Below, piece after piece: positions 19,346 through 28,131 of a DNA stretch of 28,131 nucleotides. Positions within the stretch are counted from its first letter, which is position 1. The number at the start of each line of letters is the position of its first letter. The position numbers and the translations under genes are program-made. The notes below the pieces were generated by a model. The model was not told where the DNA came from. It did not search any database and was given only the letters and a program-made list of their open reading frames with translations. The stretch comes from Dehalococcoidia bacterium (GTDB lineage: Bacteria; Chloroflexota; Dehalococcoidia; E44-bin15), in the NCBI GenBank assembly GCA_023129355.1, contig JAGMCC010000001.1:1-28131 (forward strand). The letters run 5' to 3'.

Positions 19346-20461
19346 TTACCTCCTTGTAGGCTTGGGAGAGGAGTGAATTTCCTCAGGCCAAACCTTGGTG
19401 CCTTGGGCTATTCTTTGATTGCTCCCCACGATCACATTATTGCCCAGGACGCAACCCTCCCTAACCTGAGTTCGTTCTCCTATAACTACATTTTCCGCGA
19501 TCACACAATTCTTGAGCGACACACCCTGGCCGAGGTGGGTGTTCTGCCAAACTACTGACCTCTCAATAAGGCTATCCGCACCGACTCTGCAATCTTGACC
19601 GATGGCGCAGGGCCCTTTTACCCGTGCCCTGGAACCAATAAAGCAATTTCTGCCAATAACCACCGGCCCCTCGAGCTCAGCATTAGGATGGATATCACTG
19701 CCCTCCTCAACCCATATCCCCGCTCCAGCACGCTCACCGGGGAAACTCCTGGTGATTCGTCCTGTGAGCAGGTCATGGTGAAGCTTCAGGTATTTCTCGG
19801 GGGTGCCGATATCGATCCAATAGGCATCGGATTGGTAGCCGTATACCGGATCGCCACGCTCCAGAAGAAGGGGGAAGAGCCCTTGCTCAAAGGTGAAGCT
19901 CAATCCTTTGGGGATGTGGCTTAACACCTCAGGCGCAAGGATGTAAGCACCGGCGTTGATCATATTGGTGGTCACCGAATCCCGTCGCGGTTTCTCGATA
20001 AAACATTGCACCCTTCCCTCAGAGTTGGTCTCAACCACTCCATAGACGGTGGGATCCTCCACCGGGGTTAGGGCGATTGTGGCCTTTGATCCCCGCTGCC
20101 GGTGAAATTCCATCATCGCCGTAAGGTCGATGTCGGTGAATATATCGCCGTTAAAGACAAAGAAGGTTTCATCAAGATACTCCGCAACGTTTTTCACTGC
20201 CCCCGCTGTTCCCAGGGGAGGATCTTCCACTGCATAGGTTAGTTTTATTCCGAGGTTGCTGCCATCGCCAAAATAGCGCTGGGTGCGATCTGGAAGGTAA
20301 CAGAGGGTCAGGATAATGTCATCGATGCCGTGCCCCTTAAGGTATTCGGTCATGTGCTCCAAGAATGGCCTGTTCGCAATAGGCACCATAGACTTGGGCG
20401 TATTAAAGGTGAGGGGGCGAAGCCTTGTCCCCTCACCGCCGACCAAGACCACCGCCTTCAC
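19346..20461 (-). CDS. NDP-sugar synthase, probable mannose-1-phosphate guanylyltransferase with C-terminal hexapeptide beta-helix
   Basis: LVGGEGTRLRPLT...PKSMVPI, EDPPLGTAGA, FNGDI, WIDIGTPEKY, hexapeptide repeats; neighbours PMM, PMI and Gmd. Confidence 0.88.
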   Translation of the reverse strand: MKAVVLVGGEGTRLRPLTFNTPKSMVPIANRPFLEHMTEYLKGHGIDDIILTLCYLPDRTQRYFGDGSNLGIKLTYAVEDPPLGTAGAVKNVAEYLDETFFVFNGDIFTDIDLTAMMEFHRQRGSKATIALTPVEDPTVYGVVETNSEGRVQCFIEKPRRDSVTTNMINAGAYILAPEVLSHIPKGLSFTFEQGLFPLLLERGDPVYGYQSDAYWIDIGTPEKYLKLHHDLLTGRITRSFPGERAGAGIWVEEGSDIHPNAELEGPVVIGRNCFIGSRARVKGPCAIGQDCRVGADSLIERSVVWQNTHLGQGVSLKNCVIAENVVIGERTQVREGCVLGNNVIVGSNQRIAQGTKVWPEEIHSSPKPTRR

Positions 20462-20508
20462 CTTTTCACCTTTCTCCGCCGCATGCTCCCGGGTTTAGCC
20501 TTATTCAT

Positions 20509-20537
20509 ACTTTAGCCAGTTGTGGGTCGTGCGTCAA
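20509..20537 (-). promoter_or_regulatory. Candidate sigma70-type promoter for the GDP-mannose module
   Basis: Minus strand TTGACG (20537-20532), 17-nt spacer, TAAAGT (20514-20509), in the 78-bp gap between the metK stop and the next GTG. Confidence 0.55.
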
Positions 20538-20539
20538 CT

Positions 20540-21757
20540 CTAGGCTCGCCCTTTAAGCCCGGCCTCGGCCCTGAGAGTGGCTGCCTTGTCGGTCTTTTCC
20601 CATGGGATATCGATATCGGTGCGACCGAAATGACCGTAGCAGGCGGTCTGCCTATAGATGGGACGCCGTAACTGCATGGACTCAATGATGGCCCCTGGTC
20701 GAAGGTCGAAGTGCTTATGGATCAGGTCAATAATAACATCATCGGGAACCTTCCCGGTGCCGAAGGTCTCTATACAGATGGAGAGGGGGCGTGCTACTCC
20801 GATGGCATAAGAGACCTGGAGTTCGAGGCGATCGGCGAGACCCGCCGCAACCAGGTTCTTGGCGACATATCTTGCCGCATAGGCTGCGGAGCGATCCACT
20901 TTGGTGGGGTCCTTTCCGGAAAAGGCTCCGCCGCCGTGTCTGGCGATACCACCATAGGTATCGACCAGTATCTTACGCCCGGTGAGTCCGGCATCGCCCA
21001 TTGGGCCACCGGTCACGAAGCGACCGGTGGCGTTGACATAAAACTTCGTCCCCTCGTCCATTAAGGCTACGGGAAGAACCGGCTTGATAACATGCTCTAT
21101 GATATCTTGTTTGATGATGTCATGATTGGATTTGGGGTCGTGCTGAGCGGCGATGAGCACGGTATCTATCCGCCTGGGAACGCCTTTAGAATACTCCACC
21201 GTAACCTGTGATTTGCCGTCAGGACGCAGATATTGCAGGGTGCCATCTTTCCTCACCTCGGCGAGGCGGCGGCACAGCTTGTGGGCCAGGGAGATGGTAA
21301 GGGGCATGAGTTCGGGGGTCTCGTTGCAGGCAAAGCCCACCATCATTCCCTGGTCACCAGCGCCCAATGTCTCGATCTCATCCTTGCCGTTCTCTTCTCT
21401 GGTCTCCAGCGCTTTGTCTACCCCCATGGCGATATCCTTTGACTGCTCCTTTATGGAGACCATCACACCGCAGGTTTCGCAGTCAAATCCGTACTTGGCG
21501 CGTGTATAGCCCACATCACGCAACACCTTGCGCACGATGTCCTGTATTTCTACATAGCAGTCGGTGGTAATCTCTCCTAAGACGATAACTAAGCCGGTGG
21601 TCACGGCGGTCTCGCAAGCCACCCTCGCCATCGGGTCGCAGGTCAGGATTTCGTCAAGTACAGCATCGGATATCTGGTCACAGAGCTTGTCGGGATGGCC
21701 TTCAGTAACCGACTCAGAAGTGATAAACAGCGAGGGTGCAGTCATAAAAGTTGTCAT
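20540..21757 (-). CDS. metK: S-adenosylmethionine synthase
   Basis: [49 protein letters not shown]. Confidence 0.99.
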   Translation of the reverse strand: MTTFMTAPSLFITSESVTEGHPDKLCDQISDAVLDEILTCDPMARVACETAVTTGLVIVLGEITTDCYVEIQDIVRKVLRDVGYTRAKYGFDCETCGVMVSIKEQSKDIAMGVDKALETREENGKDEIETLGAGDQGMMVGFACNETPELMPLTISLAHKLCRRLAEVRKDGTLQYLRPDGKSQVTVEYSKGVPRRIDTVLIAAQHDPKSNHDIIKQDIIEHVIKPVLPVALMDEGTKFYVNATGRFVTGGPMGDAGLTGRKILVDTYGGIARHGGGAFSGKDPTKVDRSAAYAARYVAKNLVAAGLADRLELQVSYAIGVARPLSICIETFGTGKVPDDVIIDLIHKHFDLRPGAIIESMQLRRPIYRQTACYGHFGRTDIDIPWEKTDKAATLRAEAGLKGRA

Positions 21758-21774
21758 TTTGTCTCCTTTTCTAT

Positions 21775-23945
<2,171 letters not shown>

Positions 23946-24001
23946 CCGGTTACCCCTCTCACTCCTTCTTTGCCCGCGATTTCATCAGCTCTGTGTTCAT
24001 A

Positions 24002-24565
24002 TTAACCATCATTTATCGGCGAATCCAGCCATTGGAGCACCTGCTCCAGAACCTCCTGATGATTCGTTCTGGTAACTGTGATGGTAACCACGTTGGGGTG
24101 TTGCTTTATCTGGTCGGCCCAGGGGTGTGAGGAGAGCATGATAGTGCCCAGTACCCTCTTCTCGCTATTTATTGCAGCTAAGACAACTTCCTTGAAATAG
24201 GGTGAAAAAAGTTCCATCTTTCCAATCTCGTCGATCACCACTAGATTGCGATCCCGAGCCGCTTCTCTGATTGCGGCGACGCCCACCCTATCCAATCCTT
24301 CGGTGTCCACGCCATACTTGCTAACCCGATATGGACTTTTAATACCGATATGGGCCAGGATGGCGCTTTGCCCGTCCAGGGTGACGATCCTGAAGCCTTG
24401 CCTTACCCCGCCCGCTCTTATCTCCTCGGTGAAAAATCCCCCTGCCATTGCCTGTCCGCCTTGCGGACTCCGATACATCGCTCGGAGGGACTTGTCTAGT
24501 GCTTGCTTAATAATCGTGGTCTTGCCCACGCCAGGGCCACCGGTGAGAAGATAGGCCTTGCTCAT
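24002..24565 (-). CDS. THEP1/NTPase_1-family nucleoside triphosphatase
   Basis: LTGGPGVGKTT (Walker A), GFFTEEIR...RQGF, VSKYGVD, VVIDEIGKMEL (Walker B). Confidence 0.92.
   Translation of the reverse strand: MSKAYLLTGGPGVGKTTIIKQALDKSLRAMYRSPQGGQAMAGGFFTEEIRAGGVRQGFRIVTLDGQSAILAHIGIKSPYRVSKYGVDTEGLDRVGVAAIREAARDRNLVVIDEIGKMELFSPYFKEVVLAAINSEKRVLGTIMLSSHPWADQIKQHPNVVTITVTRTNHQEVLEQVLQWLDSPINDG
24454..24491. repeat. Double-hairpin palindromic element inside the NTPase CDS
   Basis: GTCCGC-CTT-GCGGAC (24454-24468) followed by TCCGA-TACATCGC-TCGGA (24469-24486); element begins GTCC and ends GGAC. Confidence 0.7.
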
Positions 24566-24651
24566 GCGCCCCTCTCTGCCCTCCTCTTCTCCTTCACCTT
24601 CTTCATTCTCTTGCGATGCTTTAGCTGTGCGACTCTCTTCCTTTTGTTCAT
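24562..24651 (-). CDS. Small basic protein, 29 aa, bS22/mS38-like spacing (missed by ORF track)
   Basis: Hand translation MNKRKRVAQLKHRKRMKKVKEKRRAERGA*; its TGA overlaps the NTPase ATG (ATGA coupling) and it fills an otherwise empty gap. Confidence 0.65.
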   Translation of the reverse strand: MNKRKRVAQLKHRKRMKKVKEKRRAERGA

Positions 24652-24672
24652 ATCACCGCTGAGGAACCTAGA

Positions 24673-24780
24673 TCAATGTTTCGATGCTAAGATGGCTGCT
24701 GCCTCCTTGAGCTTAGCCGGTATATCAAGCTGGGCGGGACAAACCTCTCCACAGGACGCGAACTCATCGCAGAGCGTCAC
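24673..24780 (-). pseudogene. Remnant or mini-ORF with a degenerate 4Fe-4S motif
   Basis: GTG-started frame VTLCDEFASCGEVCPAQLDIPAKLKEAAAILASKH*; CxxFxxCxxxCP, where F is TTC, one base from TGC. Confidence 0.45.
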
Positions 24781-25009
24781 CGGGGCCTCGCTGCTTTCCG
24801 CTGCCGAAAACCTCCACAAATTTAGCGAAGGAGCGATCGTAGGTTCTCTCAACCTCCGGCGGGAAGAGGCAGCCCGGCAGCTCGCCAAGATTTTTATGGT
24901 AGCGGATGCAATCACAGCACTTCCCCTTCCGCTCACAGGGCTCGTAGGTGCAGATGCATCCCTCTTTGTTGGCATTGATGCTACATTCCAAATAATTCGC
25001 TCCCTTCAT
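24764..25009 (-). CDS. Small cysteine-rich protein (DUF6485-like)
   Basis: CICTYEPCERKGKCCDCIRYH...ELPGCLFPPEVERTYDRS; 8 Cys. The start may instead be the TTG at 24991 behind GGGAG. Family name from recall. Confidence 0.75.
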   Translation of the reverse strand: MKGANYLECSINANKEGCICTYEPCERKGKCCDCIRYHKNLGELPGCLFPPEVERTYDRSFAKFVEVFGSGKQRGPGDALR

Positions 25010-25014
25010 TCCTC

Positions 25015-26040
25015 TTAGACATGTCGCTTTCTAAATTCTTTGGAAACACCAGCCAGGAGTTCCAGGGCCCATGCTGCTGCCTCCTCAGAGAGCGACCCCA
25101 GGCCACAGGAGGGGGTAACCAGACACTGCTCTGTTAGCAGGCGGAAACTGACCCCTTTCCGATTAAGTGCTCCTATGGCCTCCTCCAGGCGGTCGATAAG
25201 GCTTTTTACTATCTCACCTTTCAGGTCTTGTTCATCGTGGGGCACTATGCCCCAGGCGATCACGCCACCGCGCTCTAGAAATGCTTTCACCTCTTCAGGA
25301 TAGAGGACAATGGTGTAGCTATAATTATAGGCATCGAAGCTCAGAATGTCGAGGGGTGTGGAAAGCAATATTGACCAATCGGTATTGCCGCAGCAGTGGA
25401 TCCCCTTTAGCCCGCTGATGCCAGAAAAGACCTCCTCCAAAAGGCTTGTTACCTGCTCCCGAGCGAGTGAGACAAAGGCGGAGCCAATGGAGGCCATATA
25501 GGGCTCATCGACGAAGATGATGGTGTTGGGTGAGATAGCCTTAAGCTCCCGTTCCTGCCAGGCCGCCTTTAGATGGAGGTGCTTGGCCAGGGCATCGGCA
25601 AGGGTATCGTCATAGAGGACGGGGCGACGGTTCTCATCGGTCACCGTCAACCCCCAGGTAACCGGCCCGGTCACCTGTCCCTTGGTGGCAAAGGGTGCCC
25701 CAAGCTCCATTTTGAGGAATTCGTGAAGCCCTGCGGCATGGTCAGGGCTTATGGCGTATTTTTCGACCTTGTTCTCTAGATAATAGGCATAGAGCTGCTC
25801 CAGGGGCTTCTCCAGGTCTTTAGCGCGATCGACATAAATTCGATCCCCTTCGATGACCACGCCGGGGAATCCATCGCTGAACTGGGCATACATGTTCTCC
25901 AGGAAGGAGCGTTTGGGCAACTGGGGCCAGGCAGGTATTTCAGGCAAGAACCTAGCCACCAGTGAGCAGGCCTCTTTGGGGTCGGTGTGAGGCATGCTTC
26001 CCACCGCAGTAGCTAGTCCGCTGAGCTCGAATCGGGACAG
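25015..26040 (-). CDS. mesB: Folate-independent core methionine synthase (MetE C-terminal domain only, MesB-like)
   Basis: TAVGSMP, KGQVTGPVT, FVDEP, GIHCCG (HxC), LSFD, IAWGIVP, VTPSCGLG; about 340 aa with no folate-binding half. Start extended from GTG 26004 to CTG 26040. Confidence 0.75.
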   Translation of the reverse strand: MSRFELSGLATAVGSMPHTDPKEACSLVARFLPEIPAWPQLPKRSFLENMYAQFSDGFPGVVIEGDRIYVDRAKDLEKPLEQLYAYYLENKVEKYAISPDHAAGLHEFLKMELGAPFATKGQVTGPVTWGLTVTDENRRPVLYDDTLADALAKHLHLKAAWQERELKAISPNTIIFVDEPYMASIGSAFVSLAREQVTSLLEEVFSGISGLKGIHCCGNTDWSILLSTPLDILSFDAYNYSYTIVLYPEEVKAFLERGGVIAWGIVPHDEQDLKGEIVKSLIDRLEEAIGALNRKGVSFRLLTEQCLVTPSCGLGSLSEEAAAWALELLAGVSKEFRKRHV

Positions 26041-26123
26041 TTTTTCGCTCCTCCCTAAGAAATTCGCCCACAGCTCTACTAATCACTCAGTTAACACTGC
26101 GAGAGCTATTACTGGGGCCACCA

Positions 26124-26987
26124 CTACTTAATATACTTTCCAATCAGAAGTTCTAGATCTTTTTTCATCCGCTCAGGAATCTTCTGCGGAGCGGTGATTA
26201 TTGCATTCTTAAGCGCTTCGGCACATCCGCATTCCCGCTCCTCTGGTATACGTGCCGCGACAAGTCCAATAATTTTCTTTGCCGTGTCGGCATTACGCAG
26301 CAGGTTAGCAAGTGCCATGTCGATGGTTACTGAATCCTCGGTTTCATGCCAGGTATCGTAGTCGGTGATGCAGGCCAGGGTAGCATAGCATATCTCGGCC
26401 TCCCTTGCCAGCTTTGCTTCCGGTAATGCTGTCATACCGATGATACCTGCCCCCCAGGAGCGATAGAGGTTCGATTCCGCCTTTGTGGAGAAAAGTGGCC
26501 CCTCCATCACGATATAGGTACCCTCCTGGTGGACATTGGCTCCCACATCGAGGGCTGCCTGATAGAGTATATTGCTGAGTATCGGGCAGAATGGCTCGGC
26601 GAAGGTGACATGAGCGACCAGACCCTCGCCAAAGAAGCTGTTCACCCGGCTTTTAGTACGGTCGATGAGCTGGTCCGGTATGACAATGTCCAGGGGATGG
26701 ATACCCTCTTTCAAGCTTCCTACCGCATTGACAGAGATGATCCACTCCACGCCCAGCGACTTCAAGGCATAGATATTGGCGCGGGATGGGATCTCGCTGG
26801 GGCTGATGCAGTGTCCCCTGCCATGGCGGGGCAGGAAGGCGATGCTCTTCCCTTCCAGCTCGCCGATAATGATCTCATCGCTGGGCTCGCCGAAGGGCGT
26901 CTTTGGCTTCACCTTCTCGATATTGGTCATCCCCTCGATCTGATAAAGGCCGCTTCCACCAATAACCCCGATCTTGGCTTCAGGCAT
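26124..26987 (-). CDS. mtnP: S-methyl-5'-thioadenosine phosphorylase
   Basis: IGVIGGSG, TPFGEPS, FLPRHG, MEGPLFSTKAES, GMTALPEAKLAREAEICYA, TDYD. Confidence 0.96.
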   Translation of the reverse strand: MPEAKIGVIGGSGLYQIEGMTNIEKVKPKTPFGEPSDEIIIGELEGKSIAFLPRHGRGHCISPSEIPSRANIYALKSLGVEWIISVNAVGSLKEGIHPLDIVIPDQLIDRTKSRVNSFFGEGLVAHVTFAEPFCPILSNILYQAALDVGANVHQEGTYIVMEGPLFSTKAESNLYRSWGAGIIGMTALPEAKLAREAEICYATLACITDYDTWHETEDSVTIDMALANLLRNADTAKKIIGLVAARIPEERECGCAEALKNAIITAPQKIPERMKKDLELLIGKYIK

Positions 26988-27020
26988 TAGATCTCCTCAA
27001 ATAACTACTTATTTCAATTT

Positions 27021-27764
27021 TCAATACACAGGGACATCATCCAGAGTTGACTGAAGAACCTCTTTATCTAGCTTATATACTTTTGTGACTGACTTAATCA
27101 ATCCAAGTAGCCATTGGGGGCTTGTAGGCGCTACGTATATTTTATCTACCAATACATCTAAATCTACTTGCACGTATATCCCATCATCAAACGGAGGTTT
27201 TGACAAATTGATTTCACCATTCTTACTATGGGAGAATTTCTGAATTATTGCTCTTAATTCTTGTTCATGTTCAAAACTCTTTCTTTTGTGAACAAAAGGA
27301 TAAAAACTATTTCCTTCAGGCATCCAATCCTTTTCATAATCAATATATTTCACTCTGCCGATATAGATATCGTGATTTTCATCCTTAAAGCAACTCTTTA
27401 GCCGGTTAAAGCTTGATCTTATAGCAATACCTTCGTTGCTTTTAAGATATAGTTTCCACATGGCAGCGGATTCATATTCGTTCAAGTGCCAGCAATTGAT
27501 GGCAGTACATTTTATAAACTTTTTCCAAAATTGACCAAGGTATTTTAATTCATTCGGTGTTATTTTATCTTTATACACTTCAGGTCTCAGCTTTACATTG
27601 GCTTTCGAGTATGAGCCCTCGAAAGGGTCTCCTAGTCCGTCAGCTCTCGCAAAGAAAAGTGTTTTTTTATCTAATAAACTTACGAATTTGGTAAAATCCA
27701 CGTATCTCCATATTGTTGCATTTTCGTCTCTTGGTTTTTCAAAAACGGGGTGCTCTTTGTACAT
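27021..27764 (-). CDS. Hypothetical protein, DUF2971-like, low GC
   Basis: 247-aa ORF with WRY, DPFEG, NCWH..EYESAAMWKLY, GRVKYIDY, KRKSFEHEQELR; three sampled 60-nt lines are 28-37% GC versus 53% in a sampled mtnP line. Confidence 0.8.
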   Translation of the reverse strand: MYKEHPVFEKPRDENATIWRYVDFTKFVSLLDKKTLFFARADGLGDPFEGSYSKANVKLRPEVYKDKITPNELKYLGQFWKKFIKCTAINCWHLNEYESAAMWKLYLKSNEGIAIRSSFNRLKSCFKDENHDIYIGRVKYIDYEKDWMPEGNSFYPFVHKRKSFEHEQELRAIIQKFSHSKNGEINLSKPPFDDGIYVQVDLDVLVDKIYVAPTSPQWLLGLIKSVTKVYKLDKEVLQSTLDDVPVY

Positions 27765-27790
27765 TCTCTACCTATTTACTTCTTAATTTC

Positions 27791-28131
27791 TTAATCTCTG
27801 TAAATATATCTTGCCATCTTCCCCAGCCTCATCTCATAAGGCCCCCTGATTATGCCCCGCTCGGTAATTATAGCAGAGATGTAGCGATGGGGGGTAATAT
27901 CGAAGGAAGGGTTTGCCACTCTCACTCCCTCCGGGGCGATGGGAATACCTCTAATGTGGGTGACCTCTGCGGCGTTTCTCTCCTCGATGGGGATCTCATC
28001 CCCCGATGCCAACGATATGTCGATGGTGCTTGTCGGGGCAGCGACATAGAAAGGGACGCTATTTTCCATCGCCAGCACCGCCAGATTGTAGGTGCCGATC
28101 TTGTTGGCGACATCGCCATTTGAGGCAATCC
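27791..28131 (-). CDS. mtnA: Methylthioribose-1-phosphate isomerase, C-terminal part (5' truncated by window edge)
   Basis: Frame open to the edge: [20 protein letters not shown]...[12 protein letters not shown]...IPIEER...NPSFDITP...IITERG; two genes from mtnP. Confidence 0.92.
   Translation of the reverse strand, partial: IASNGDVANKIGTYNLAVLAMENSVPFYVAAPTSTIDISLASGDEIPIEERNAAEVTHIRGIPIAPEGVRVANPSFDITPHRYISAIITERGIIRGPYEMRLGKMARYIYRD

Noticed and set aside
24687-24767. 26-aa ORF MSSRPVERF... with ATGA overlap to the Cys-rich gene
   Set aside because: No recognisable pattern; the overlapping frame carries the Fe-S-like motif and explains the sequence better. Not fully excluded.
26041-26123. 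SAM or SAH riboswitch upstream of the methionine synthase
   Set aside because: 83-bp gap has only short inverted repeats (AGCTCT/AGAGCT, CAGT/ACTG) and none of the SAM-I or SAH core motifs I can recognise; an Rfam scan would settle it.
26988-27020. Integron attC site after the AT-rich gene
   Set aside because: Gap is 33 bp, shorter than known attC sites, and lacks the RYYYAAC/GTTRRRY boxes.

Overview
A housekeeping-dominated window (about 50-55% GC from spot counts), most likely from a Dehalococcoidia (Chloroflexota) genome; the taxonomy is inferred from gene order and protein style. The + strand (1-14582) carries the canonical S10-spc-alpha ribosomal protein superoperon, from the 3' end of rplB to truA-rplM-rpsI, including rpmJ, which the ORF track missed. 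The - strand (14587-28131) reads, in transcription order: partial mtnA, an AT-rich DUF2971-like insert, mtnP, a folate-independent core methionine synthase (MesB-like, probable CTG start), three tiny ORFs, a THEP1-type NTPase, a PfkB kinase, ahcY, metK, a four-gene GDP-mannose/6-deoxyhexose module with its own sigma70-like promoter, and an acyl-CoA dehydrogenase. The most unusual signals are: (1) an unannotated 29-aa Lys/Arg-rich ORF with the residue spacing of ribosomal protein bS22/mS38; (2) an uS3 tail built from an 18-bp repeat that switches from acidic to basic units; (3) a double-hairpin palindromic DNA element inserted in frame into the NTPase; (4) a 4Fe-4S motif remnant one base from intact; (5) a low-GC foreign gene with ADP-ribosyltransferase-like motifs splitting mtnA-mtnP. 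No rRNA, tRNA, CRISPR array, transposase or integrase was seen. All family calls come from motif recognition, not database searches.
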